Virus record (IMG/VR): IMGVR_UViG_3300021400_001623
Coordinates: 16,433-80,432 of that record
Length of the DNA stretch: 64,000 nucleotides
Strand: one strand, 5' to 3'
Source: a virus
Lineage: Duplodnaviria; Caudoviricetes
Of this stretch, positions 31,250-41,755 are shown piece after piece. The stretch's first letter is position 1. Each line of letters starts with the position of its first letter. A program made the translations under genes and the position numbers. The notes beneath the pieces were generated by a model, which saw only the letters and a program-made list of their open reading frames with translations, was not told where the DNA came from and did not search any database.

Positions 31250-34200
31250 ATGTTAGTAGATTTCTCGTCAATATCGCGAGATTACTATGGCAATATTGAG
31301 CAGCCGGTCGTCACATTAAAGACGCCGCATGGCTCTGTCATTTCAGTTATTCCGGCCAATTCAATCTCCATGACATGTCGTTACAACGATGTTTCTGAGG
31401 TGCAATTTACTGTCCCCGCATATATTGAGGGTCAGAAAGTTCCGAGTTATGATGAGATATCCGGTTTGCGGCTTGTTGAGATTGGAGATTTTGGCGACTT
31501 CGTTCTCATCAATCCAGAAAAGACGAACGAGGGCGGGATTAAAGAAACGCTACAATGTACGGCATATTCTCTTGAATATGTTTTTAATTATAAAAAAGTC
31601 GACCTCGGAATTGAAGAGGACGTAAATACATATGAGTTCTATAATCAGACTGATAATACAGATACTATTATGGGTATGATTATAGAAGCGGCACCAGATT
31701 GGTCAATTGGTTATGTTGATCAGGAGTTAATTGGCAGGTATCGATATTTTGATAATACAGATGATAACTGGTATTCATTTATGATGAATACTTTGCAAGA
31801 AGCATATAATTGTGTGTTCTTGTTTGATACTAAGAATAAGTCAATTAACGTTATTAGTACGTCACATGAGAATACTAATTTACCGATTTTCTTATCGTAT
31901 AATAATTTATTAAAAACAGTAAATGTTACTGAATTATCAGAGGAAATTGTTACATCACTGGCTGGATATGGATCTGGTGATGAAGTAAGTATCCGCGATG
32001 TTAATCCAAATGGAACTGATAAAATATATAACTTGGATTTCTTCTTAGCACGTGGTGATCTAACTGGTGAGTTGGCAGATAAATGGAGACGTTATAAGGA
32101 ATCATGTAAGACCAATTATGAGGTCTATTCTGTTTTAAATGCCGCATATCGCGAAAAATATAGTCAGTTATTAACAGCGGAAGCTGAATTGATTGCATTG
32201 CAAACAGACTATGAAGCAGTTGATGCTCCATTAAAAATCAATCAAGAATTAGTTTTATCTGAGACCGATGAAATTAATAAAGAGATTCTTGAGAATCAAA
32301 TTGCGCAGCAAAAGGTCGAACGCAATACGCTTGCGGCAAAAATTACTAATGCGCAAAATGTTATTAATGATGGTAATGGGCATGGACTTGAGATTGATGT
32401 AGAGCAGATTAACAGTCAATTAGATGATATTGTGGATCAATGTAGCTTGTCATCATTTTTTACTCATGAAGAGTTAACTATTCTATCTCAATATTTTATT
32501 GAAGATGCAATTACAGAAAGCTCTTTTGTATTATCAGAATACGGTTCTGCTACATCTGAGGATTTATATCAAAGCTTAGACTCTACTGCAGTACCAATAT
32601 TAACCGTTACGGATTCATATGTATATGCAAGCGACGCTTATACGATCATTGAAGACCCGGAAGGGTTGGATCTAGATCCGGCAATGCAGGCTACAATTAT
32701 TGAACAATTAAATAATGACCGTAATAAAAGTTCGCTTGAAATGCGCGGTGGTAAATTTCAATTTAGTTATGCGACTATAGATAGTGCAGGATTTCAGGAG
32801 CATATTATTAGTGGCGATATTGTTAATGTAGATTTCCAATATAACGTAACTAATTTACCAACTTATGTCGATGAAGATTCGTCCGATATGACGAAGAAGG
32901 GTTATTTTATTATAACGGCTGATATAATTAATGGCTCGATTGATGATACGCCCTACCCTTCTATTCACCTGGTTATGGATGGAATGCTTGGCGAGAATGA
33001 TCCGGTGAGCACCGACACTTCTTTGCGCGTTGAAATGGATCACGTCGTTTATTCATGTACTGGATCTGTTACAGAATTACAAAAGCAAGATGTGTTAAAG
33101 GAGCTGTACGATTATACTGAGACTGAATTAAAAAAGCTCTCTGAGCCGTCTTACGAATTTAATATAGATTCAGCGAACTTTTTATTTGCAGATAAGTTTG
33201 AGCCATTTAAGGACGCATTAAAACTTGGTGATACTATTAACCTTGTCATTGATAACGAAGAGGAAGAGGTTTTAGAACCGATCTTAATTGAAGTATCTTT
33301 TGACTTTGAAGACGAAACTAAACTAGAATTAACTTTCAGTGACAAATATAAAAAATCATCTCCACAATTCAAATTGGCTGATTTAATCACTGAAGCCTCG
33401 CATTCAGCACGAAGTGTAAATCTAAATAAGGCTTCATATTCATCATACAAAGATAGCAATACTGGGTCACAAGTGCGTAAGATGCGCGATTCCGCTCTAG
33501 ATGTTTCAAAAAATAAAATTCAAAATGCTGTAAATCAGAATTTAGAGTGGAACCAAGCAGGCATGTTCCTACGCAAAACGAATGCTAATGGCACCGTCGA
33601 CCCCAAACAGATTGGTTTTATTAATGACGCGATTGTATTTACCAGAGATAATTGGGACACAATCGAAATGGCTATTGGATCGATTTATGATCCAAATCTT
33701 ATTGGCGCATCCGGCGACAATGATGACGGTGTACGGTATGGTATAGCTGCACCTGCTATTTATGGTACACTGTTGGCTGGTGAAAATTTGGTTATTGAAA
33801 ACACTATCCTTGATCCGCAAGGTGGTGAAATATTAAAACAATTTAAGGTTGATGCAACTGGTGCTTGGCTCAACAATTCGTCTCTAGTGCTTGCCAATGA
33901 TAGCGAAAATGGCGGAAAAATGTTTCTTGATCCTAAGTATGGATTCGCTGCTGGTACTCAAGATTTATATACATTACAAGGTACTGAGATAAAACCCAGT
34001 TTTATCGATGAAGATGGCGAAATCATCATGGATGAAACTGAGACTATCACTTTACCCGATGGGACATATTATTATGTTCCAAAAAATGCGCAGTTTTATT
34101 TCGACATAAATACAGGTAATGCATACTTTGCTGGTAATATTAATGCGCGGAATATTATGGCTGGCACGCTAAATGGTATGGCTATTACTGCGAACACTCT

Positions 34201-37200
34201 TGATGGTTCCGCTTTGATTGCAAATACTGTTAATGGTGATAAGATTACCACCAATACATTGAGTGGCGAAAAGTTGCAAGACTTAGCTATTACAAGTTCT
34301 AAAATTGCAAACAGTACTATCACAGGGTCAAAAATAGCTAATAGTACTATTACTGGCAGCAACATAGCTAATACAACTATTACCGCGTCTAATATCGTAG
34401 ACGGCACCATTACTGGCACTAAGATCGCTGATGCGACTATTACTGGAGAAAATGTTTTAACCGGAACAATTACTGGTGGACATTTGGCTCAAAACACCAT
34501 TACAGATGCCAATATTGAGCGTGGTACAATTACTGGTGCAGCAATTGCTAGCGGCACCATAACTGGTACCAATATTCAAGGCGGTTCAATTACCGGAACA
34601 GAGATCGACGATTCGACAATTACCAGTTCTCATATCGTTGATGGTACGATTACGGGTACTGATATTGATAATGCGACAATCACTGGTGGCAATATTGCGC
34701 AGACTACTATTACAGATTCCAATATCGTTCGCGGCACTATTACTGGAGCTGCGGTTGCATCTGCAACAATTACAGGTTCAAATATTGCTGGTAGTACGAT
34801 AACTGGTACAAATATTGATTTCTCAACATTTTCTAATGGTGTGATCTCCGGTACAGCTATCGATACATCTACATTTACGAACGGCAGTATTGATGCAAGC
34901 GCTATTGATGCTTCTTCATTTACCAATGGTAGCATCTCTGGATCTGCTATTGATACATCAACATTTACGAATGGTCAAATCAGTGGTACAAAGATTGACA
35001 CATCTACATTCACAAATGGCTCTATCTCTGGCTCAGTAATTGACTCTTCTACCCTTACCAACATTCCATATGCAGGAATAGCGTGGGCGGATATTACGGC
35101 GGCAGATATCGATGTTGCGTGGATCGATACTGGCATGATTAAAGATGCTGCTATTACCGATGCGCAAATCCTTGGTGTATCAGCTAATAAACTCACCGCC
35201 GGAACAATAGATGCAAACAAAATTACAGTAGCTAATTTGAATGCCAAAAACCTCATTGTTGAAACAATTAATGGGCAGGCGCTTCTTGGCGGCTCATATA
35301 ATGCCGTTGATAAGACATCCGCTGGCTATGCATCAAAAGTTCCTTCTGCGGAAAATTGGTATGAGATTATTGATGGCGAATTTGTCAAATCATCTGATGC
35401 GTCCGTACAGGCCAATAAGACATATTATACGCTTGGCCAGACTAGCGTAACCACTACTGGATACGTAGATGGTCTAGTCGATGATTTGAATGATCGTATC
35501 GATGGAGCTATTCAGACATTTACAACTGATGTTGTACCTACCTTAAATAATTATCCGGCGGAAGACTGGACTACAACTGACCTGCTTGATGAACATGTGG
35601 GCGACGTATGTTATGTTGTTAATGCAGAAAGTCAGGCCGACGGATATTGCTATAGATTTACAAAGAAACAAAATAATACTTATGAGTGGACGTTAATTAA
35701 AGACTCTGATGTCACTAAGGCATTGCAGGATTTAATTACTGTGCAAGGCGACATATCCGGCTTGAAGTCATTTGAGACTTCTACTACCGCTTGGATCACA
35801 AATACGGATGATGAGTTGTCGAGCTTAAAGCAGCGTACATCTACTCTTGAAACGGATATGGGCACTAAGGTAGATTCAACGACCTTTAACACCCTATCAC
35901 AGACAGTCGATGAAAATAGTGCATCTATCACCTCATTATCAACTACAGTGGCAAGTAAAGCTGACAGCTCTACAGTAACCACACTATCAAATACCGTGAA
36001 TACTGTGAGCCAAAAAGCAGATGCGAATGAATCTGCTATCAGCCAGCTCACGCAAACTGTATCCGATAATGAAACTGATATTGAACAAAAGTACTCAACA
36101 CTATCACAAGATTTGAATGGATTCAAAACGACTGTTGGAACAACTTATGCTACTAAAACAGCGCTGGGCGATCTATCGGATGATGTTGATGCCATTGATA
36201 CGCGTGTAACTAGCGCCGAGTCATCTATTACCCAGAACGCAAATAATATCGCGCTTAAGGTAAGTCAGGACGGTGTAATTGCATCCATTAATGCTTCGCC
36301 GGAATCTGTAACGATTAATGCTAATCGCGTTAATATTGCTGGCGCGGCTATTTTCAGCGAATATACAAAGACGGATGATCTCGATGATACTATTGCCGGA
36401 CTTGGATATGCGCAAACATCTGATGCGGTAGCAGAAACGCAGAGAATCTATATCTCAAAGACTACGACTGGTTCTTATACTGGTCCGACAACTTGGGTAA
36501 CGGCAACTACTTATACCGCAAATACATGGACGACGAAACGCCCTGCATATGATTCGAGCTATCCTTATCTTTACACTTGCCTCCAAAAGAAGACGGTGAA
36601 TGGTACGGTGACATGTACTCCAGTATTGCTTGATGATACGACAACCGTTATCGATGGTGGGAAAATCATTACTGGATCTATTACTGCAAATCAGCTGGCG
36701 GCAGATGCTGTTAAGTCAACTAATTATGATGCAGCTGACAGTGATGAGTCTCCGTACTCCGTTGCTGGCACATTACTTGATCTCAACAGCGGTAATATTT
36801 ATTCGCCAAATTTTGGCGTAATTAATAATGGCGTTGTCGATCCCATTACTGGTGATGTAGTTTTATACCCAGGTGCATATATTAATGGTAATATTGTTGC
36901 CACATCAGGTATGATCGGTGACGATGAAAATACTGCATGGGAAATCGGCTCATTTACAGATTACGATGCTAATACATATGGCTCGCTTATTTCACATGGT
37001 AAGGCTTTTCTTCAATCTGGTAAGTGGATGCTGAGCGAGGATTTGCTTGATACACGTTGGTATGCACTTGATAATGTTTCTGGTGGGCAAAAAATCACTT
37101 ATCCATACGCCTCGTCTACATATTGGGACTTTGGCTTACATGCGCCGGATGTTACTAAGACTACGAATCGCACTACATTAGACGATTCGTTTTTATATAT

Positions 37201-40200
37201 AAGAAATCATGCATCTACGATTCCAAGCCTTGACTCTGAGTGGAATTATGTATTCAGGGTTGATAAATCTGGAATGATTTATATGAATGGGCAATCGCTG
37301 AATGATTTGTATGCATCCAAGAGTGACGTTGGCAGCGACTATCTACCCAAGACTGGCGGCACTATTACTGGCAATCTTACAGTTACTGGGACCATTACAG
37401 GAACAGCGAGCAATGCGGCAAAGACTACTGGAACGTTGTCAATTAACGGTAAGACGTTTAATGGATCGGCAGATGTCTCTGTTGGTACGCTTGGCGTTGC
37501 TTACGGTGGTACTGGACAAACGACGGCAAATGCCGCTGGTAATGCTTTGATAGGCGCTATAACTCGTGCAACTGTTGGTGATGTTACTGATAATACAACG
37601 ATTCTAACAAGTACATCGACTGGTGATGTGGGAGAGTATTTCAGAAGACCTGCAACATTCTTATGGAATTATATTAGTAGTAAATTATCCTCAGAAGATA
37701 TCTATATGCCAAAGACTGGCGGTACATTTAGCGGTGAAGTCACCTTTAACTCCCCCATCTCTATTAATGACGAATTGTATGTAGACTCCGCAAGTGTTGG
37801 TAATCTGGTTGTTAGTGGTGCGGGGCGGTTTACGAACGGCCTATATGGAGATTTAACAGGTGACGTTACTGGTAATGTTACAGGCAATCTCACTGGTAAT
37901 GTGACTGGCAATGTAGTTGGTAATGTATCTGGTTACTCAACGAAAGTATTGGATTCCGGTAATAATACAAGCGAGATTACTTTTGCATACTCTAAATCGG
38001 GATTATCAACGACATCTTGGCTAGCGGCATGGAGTGGTTATGAGTTGAGAGCCATATCTCCTACGAGAGTCAAAGAAACGCTTGCGCTTACAAAATCTGA
38101 TGTTGGTCTTAACAATGTAGATAATACAGCGGATGCTGCTAAGTATGTTAAGGGCGCAAGTATTACAACAGAACTTAATTCTGTCGCCAAATACTCTGAT
38201 ACATCTGGTACGTTTACAGATTCCGGGATTTATATTGATGAGAATAATAATTTGGTAATTGGTGCTACAGATGCATCAACAAACACAGTGCTTCATACCG
38301 GAAATCTTAAAATAGGTGTGCGAAATGATAGCTATGGTCTGATGCCATATGCAAACAACTGGAATACTATTGGCGCATCCAATATGCGTTGGTATCACAT
38401 TTGGGGGAGCACTATTCACGCTACTCATAGTGATATTACAAATTGGTGGTCTAATAATAATATTGGCTCACCTGTAACATCAAGTGCGGCGGCTACTAAG
38501 GGTAAGTTTAATTTATATAATGTTTGTGCTGTTGGTGGAACTCAGACTAAAACATCAATTGAGGCAAATGATGCAACGAATAGTAATATCTCGCTCATTT
38601 TGCCATCTGAATCCGGCACATTCGCTTTGACTAAAAATTACCAACCTTATGCGCATTATAGCAATATGAATGGTAATAATACTGGCAAGTATTACAAGAT
38701 TAGCATCAATTCGACTGTGAGTTGGATGTTGAATTTTACCGTAAAATTATATCACGCTTATAGAGCGTATGACCTACAGATTAGTGGTTATAATTATGGT
38801 AGTAATTATTGGTATGACCCAGCAGCCATCATATTGGGATCTTCTGTAACAGATGCAATAGATGTTTTGTTTGGCTATGATAGCGCCTATCATTTATGGG
38901 TAGCCATTCCAGCACATCAGTATACTGGCATTGATGTTGTTAATGTATCAAATGGGTATGCGCAAATAGATTCTCTTGAAGGGTTATTTACTATTGAAAT
39001 GGTCGATGGAGAGCCGTCTACTGTTCAGCAAACTATAACTGCTTATCGCCCATGGTATCGTAACGAAACTGTTACAAATGCAACAAATGCGGTAAATGCA
39101 TCTAAGGTTAACAATCACACTGTCAATGCAGACGTACCATCGAATGCAAAATTCACAGATACAACATACGTAGTGGCAACGAATACCGCTGACGGTTTAA
39201 TGTCTTCCGATGATAAAAAGAAACTGGATCAGATCAACATATCTGATATCGGCACTATTGGCGCGAACACAATCGTTGGAGAAAAAGATATCAAAGTCAC
39301 TATCACTGATGGTGTCGCAACGGTTGGTCATGCTAATACAGCAATTACAGCTGGAACAGCAAGCGGCACATCGAGCACTACCAATTTAGCATTTGGTGCA
39401 ACGGTTACATTGCCGTCTGTGACATATGATGCATATGGTCATATTACAGGGGCGAGCACAACTACGTTTAAACTTCCGGCTGCTCCAACTAGTGTTAGTG
39501 GTAATGCTGGAACGGCGACGCAATTTAGTTCTGCAGCAAGTGTGACTCTGACAGGTGATACGACTGGTTCTGCGAGTAGTGCTAAAGGATGGTCGATTGC
39601 GACTACCACGAAGACGATTACACCGACTTCGCTGACAAATGTAGATTTAAATAATTACAAAACAACACAGAAAAACGAGTTCTATTTTGGTGGCGGATCA
39701 AATGGTTGTACGAATCATCCTAAAGCAAATGGGCTGCAGTTTGGTTTACATACATATGCATCCGCGGCTGGTCATGTAACGCAAGAGCTATCAAGCTTTG
39801 GCGATAGTGGCTCAGCAAATCACGGCAAATGGATTCGCTGGTATAATAGTAGCTCGTGGAGCGGTTGGGAGAAATTCTTAACATCCAGTAATTATAACGA
39901 CTATGCTCCGTCTAAAACTGGTACTGGCGCTACTGGTACATGGAATATTAATGCGGCGGGAGCATCTAAGATTGTACCTAAAATCAGTAAAACTTACGCA
40001 AGTACGTCGTATTATGCAACATCTACTGGTTCATGGGAAACATCTACGTGGTATTTCATGTCTGTGAAGCCAGATTCATGGTATAAGCCATGGCGTGTTA
40101 AGTTCAAAGTGCATTCATTCTGTCCCGGCTACGCTAATGTAGATAGCACATCATATTGTACGGTTAGTGGTCGTGCTGGAGCAGTTATATATTCTAACTG

Positions 40201-41689
40201 GAACGAACGATACGATCCAGCACATTATTATATGACATGTTATCCGCTGAAAAAAGCTGGCTTTGATGCTGGTTACGGCAACGCAATTGGTGTATCTATC
40301 CTATATGGAACAGGCTATAACACCGCAGCTTATTACAGAACATTTGAGGTTGATTATTTTGAATGTGAGGGTTGTACGGTTACAATACTTGATACGCCTG
40401 TGCAATGGGCTAATTGGACTGGTAAAGGCACTGATAACTATGAGAGCATTTCAAGTTTCAATGCTGTTGATCGTGGCATGAAAGAGTCTGGCGATAGTGA
40501 TACCATTGAGGACAGACAGAGTTATTTTGCGGGCAAAACCAGCTCTTCGAAAGGTATTTGGGCCGCCTCACTCTTCATGGAAGATGGGTCTGGTACATAC
40601 CAGAATATTTGTGCGGCATCAGACGGTACGATTACTGGAAGTAATAGAACGACTGCCACAACCAAGGTGGCAAATACTAGTGGTTTCAGAATAGGTAGCC
40701 CTATATTTTATTGTAATACAAATTATAATGCCAATACCAATATTGCTGGTTGGGGAGTTGTTTATAATCATATTAGTGCCTTTGATTCACGATATGCGTT
40801 TAATACGACGTTGACGGCAAATAATCTAACACCTTACGCTCCGGTCTATTTGGTTGGCACTATTAAGAGTGATAATTTATTTTATCTTGATACGGTATGG
40901 TGGACTCAAACACCAACGGTAACTGGTAAGATATATATCTTAGTCGGCGGTTGTTATGATAGTACAACGTCAAATTGTAGGGTTAGTTTACATCAACATA
41001 ATCCGTGGTATTACTATGACGGGACAAGACTAGTTCCATATATTCATCATGCTAAAACTGCAGATACGGCGACAAGTGCAACCACAGCAACTACGGCGAC
41101 AAATGCTAATTATGTTAATTTTGTAGGTGGTCGCCCTGCTTCTGCAGATATTATGCCTAGTACTATGCAAAATAAAGTCCAATTTTCCTTAGCGAGTAGC
41201 TCAATGACTACAAATAAGCCACCCGCTGGCGATGGATATATTACCACATATGCATGGGATAATTCTAATTGGGGTGCTCAATTCTACATCCGTCATAATC
41301 AAACAGATCCAGATGTTATGGTACGTGGAACAAATGGTTCTGTTTGGGGAAATTGGAAATACTTACTTGGCGAATGGAACTATACAGATTATACCGTTAC
41401 CAAAACTGGTACAGGAGCTTCTGGCACATGGGGTATTTCCGTTTCTGGTAATGCTGCTACGGCTACTGCGATTAGTAGCAGTACATGGACAGCAGCTTCA
41501 GTTACAAATGTAGATCGCTATATATGGGTATCATGGAGTGGTAATGATGGTAAACCTTGCTATACGACAGATATAACTTATAACACTAGCACCAAAACTC
41601 TTAAAACACCTGGCGTTAAAATGACACACTGGGATGTACGCGAAGATACTACAACTGGTGTATTAACATTCAAATATGTTGCAAGTTAA
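31250..41689 (+). CDS. Giant tail spike/fibre protein (Tal/endopeptidase-like N-terminus, repeat shaft, knob domains)
   Basis: 3479 aa after Dit; ITGxxI repeats; GNVT repeats; Trp-rich knob-like C-terminal domains. Confidence 0.75.
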   Translation: MLVDFSSISRDYYGNIEQPVVTLKTPHGSVISVIPANSISMTCRYNDVSEVQFTVPAYIEGQKVPSYDEISGLRLVEIGDFGDFVLINPEKTNEGGIKETLQCTAYSLEYVFNYKKVDLGIEEDVNTYEFYNQTDNTDTIMGMIIEAAPDWSIGYVDQELIGRYRYFDNTDDNWYSFMMNTLQEAYNCVFLFDTKNKSINVISTSHENTNLPIFLSYNNLLKTVNVTELSEEIVTSLAGYGSGDEVSIRDVNPNGTDKIYNLDFFLARGDLTGELADKWRRYKESCKTNYEVYSVLNAAYREKYSQLLTAEAELIALQTDYEAVDAPLKINQELVLSETDEINKEILENQIAQQKVERNTLAAKITNAQNVINDGNGHGLEIDVEQINSQLDDIVDQCSLSSFFTHEELTILSQYFIEDAITESSFVLSEYGSATSEDLYQSLDSTAVPILTVTDSYVYASDAYTIIEDPEGLDLDPAMQATIIEQLNNDRNKSSLEMRGGKFQFSYATIDSAGFQEHIISGDIVNVDFQYNVTNLPTYVDEDSSDMTKKGYFIITADIINGSIDDTPYPSIHLVMDGMLGENDPVSTDTSLRVEMDHVVYSCTGSVTELQKQDVLKELYDYTETELKKLSEPSYEFNIDSANFLFADKFEPFKDALKLGDTINLVIDNEEEEVLEPILIEVSFDFEDETKLELTFSDKYKKSSPQFKLADLITEASHSARSVNLNKASYSSYKDSNTGSQVRKMRDSALDVSKNKIQNAVNQNLEWNQAGMFLRKTNANGTVDPKQIGFINDAIVFTRDNWDTIEMAIGSIYDPNLIGASGDNDDGVRYGIAAPAIYGTLLAGENLVIENTILDPQGGEILKQFKVDATGAWLNNSSLVLANDSENGGKMFLDPKYGFAAGTQDLYTLQGTEIKPSFIDEDGEIIMDETETITLPDGTYYYVPKNAQFYFDINTGNAYFAGNINARNIMAGTLNGMAITANTLDGSALIANTVNGDKITTNTLSGEKLQDLAITSSKIANSTITGSKIANSTITGSNIANTTITASNIVDGTITGTKIADATITGENVLTGTITGGHLAQNTITDANIERGTITGAAIASGTITGTNIQGGSITGTEIDDSTITSSHIVDGTITGTDIDNATITGGNIAQTTITDSNIVRGTITGAAVASATITGSNIAGSTITGTNIDFSTFSNGVISGTAIDTSTFTNGSIDASAIDASSFTNGSISGSAIDTSTFTNGQISGTKIDTSTFTNGSISGSVIDSSTLTNIPYAGIAWADITAADIDVAWIDTGMIKDAAITDAQILGVSANKLTAGTIDANKITVANLNAKNLIVETINGQALLGGSYNAVDKTSAGYASKVPSAENWYEIIDGEFVKSSDASVQANKTYYTLGQTSVTTTGYVDGLVDDLNDRIDGAIQTFTTDVVPTLNNYPAEDWTTTDLLDEHVGDVCYVVNAESQADGYCYRFTKKQNNTYEWTLIKDSDVTKALQDLITVQGDISGLKSFETSTTAWITNTDDELSSLKQRTSTLETDMGTKVDSTTFNTLSQTVDENSASITSLSTTVASKADSSTVTTLSNTVNTVSQKADANESAISQLTQTVSDNETDIEQKYSTLSQDLNGFKTTVGTTYATKTALGDLSDDVDAIDTRVTSAESSITQNANNIALKVSQDGVIASINASPESVTINANRVNIAGAAIFSEYTKTDDLDDTIAGLGYAQTSDAVAETQRIYISKTTTGSYTGPTTWVTATTYTANTWTTKRPAYDSSYPYLYTCLQKKTVNGTVTCTPVLLDDTTTVIDGGKIITGSITANQLAADAVKSTNYDAADSDESPYSVAGTLLDLNSGNIYSPNFGVINNGVVDPITGDVVLYPGAYINGNIVATSGMIGDDENTAWEIGSFTDYDANTYGSLISHGKAFLQSGKWMLSEDLLDTRWYALDNVSGGQKITYPYASSTYWDFGLHAPDVTKTTNRTTLDDSFLYIRNHASTIPSLDSEWNYVFRVDKSGMIYMNGQSLNDLYASKSDVGSDYLPKTGGTITGNLTVTGTITGTASNAAKTTGTLSINGKTFNGSADVSVGTLGVAYGGTGQTTANAAGNALIGAITRATVGDVTDNTTILTSTSTGDVGEYFRRPATFLWNYISSKLSSEDIYMPKTGGTFSGEVTFNSPISINDELYVDSASVGNLVVSGAGRFTNGLYGDLTGDVTGNVTGNLTGNVTGNVVGNVSGYSTKVLDSGNNTSEITFAYSKSGLSTTSWLAAWSGYELRAISPTRVKETLALTKSDVGLNNVDNTADAAKYVKGASITTELNSVAKYSDTSGTFTDSGIYIDENNNLVIGATDASTNTVLHTGNLKIGVRNDSYGLMPYANNWNTIGASNMRWYHIWGSTIHATHSDITNWWSNNNIGSPVTSSAAATKGKFNLYNVCAVGGTQTKTSIEANDATNSNISLILPSESGTFALTKNYQPYAHYSNMNGNNTGKYYKISINSTVSWMLNFTVKLYHAYRAYDLQISGYNYGSNYWYDPAAIILGSSVTDAIDVLFGYDSAYHLWVAIPAHQYTGIDVVNVSNGYAQIDSLEGLFTIEMVDGEPSTVQQTITAYRPWYRNETVTNATNAVNASKVNNHTVNADVPSNAKFTDTTYVVATNTADGLMSSDDKKKLDQINISDIGTIGANTIVGEKDIKVTITDGVATVGHANTAITAGTASGTSSTTNLAFGATVTLPSVTYDAYGHITGASTTTFKLPAAPTSVSGNAGTATQFSSAASVTLTGDTTGSASSAKGWSIATTTKTITPTSLTNVDLNNYKTTQKNEFYFGGGSNGCTNHPKANGLQFGLHTYASAAGHVTQELSSFGDSGSANHGKWIRWYNSSSWSGWEKFLTSSNYNDYAPSKTGTGATGTWNINAAGASKIVPKISKTYASTSYYATSTGSWETSTWYFMSVKPDSWYKPWRVKFKVHSFCPGYANVDSTSYCTVSGRAGAVIYSNWNERYDPAHYYMTCYPLKKAGFDAGYGNAIGVSILYGTGYNTAAYYRTFEVDYFECEGCTVTILDTPVQWANWTGKGTDNYESISSFNAVDRGMKESGDSDTIEDRQSYFAGKTSSSKGIWAASLFMEDGSGTYQNICAASDGTITGSNRTTATTKVANTSGFRIGSPIFYCNTNYNANTNIAGWGVVYNHISAFDSRYAFNTTLTANNLTPYAPVYLVGTIKSDNLFYLDTVWWTQTPTVTGKIYILVGGCYDSTTSNCRVSLHQHNPWYYYDGTRLVPYIHHAKTADTATSATTATTATNANYVNFVGGRPASADIMPSTMQNKVQFSLASSSMTTNKPPAGDGYITTYAWDNSNWGAQFYIRHNQTDPDVMVRGTNGSVWGNWKYLLGEWNYTDYTVTKTGTGASGTWGISVSGNAATATAISSSTWTAASVTNVDRYIWVSWSGNDGKPCYTTDITYNTSTKTLKTPGVKMTHWDVREDTTTGVLTFKYVAS
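34150..35230 (+). repeat. Degenerate ~10-aa coding repeats (e.g. IADATITGEN, IDTSTFTNGS)
   Basis: About 30-nt periodicity; boundaries approximate. Confidence 0.8.
37847..37930 (+). repeat. 12-nt coding repeats GDLT/GNVT
   Basis: GDLTGDVTGNVTGNLTGNVTGNVVGNVSG. Confidence 0.8.
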
Positions 41690-41700
41690 TCATATTTCTC

Positions 41701-41732
41701 AGGGAGCATCGTTGTTGGTGCTCCCTTTTATT
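41701..41732 (+). terminator. Intrinsic terminator
   Basis: agggagca/tgctccct stem then T tract. Confidence 0.7.
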
Positions 41733-41755
41733 ATACATGGAGGTAACGATAAAAT

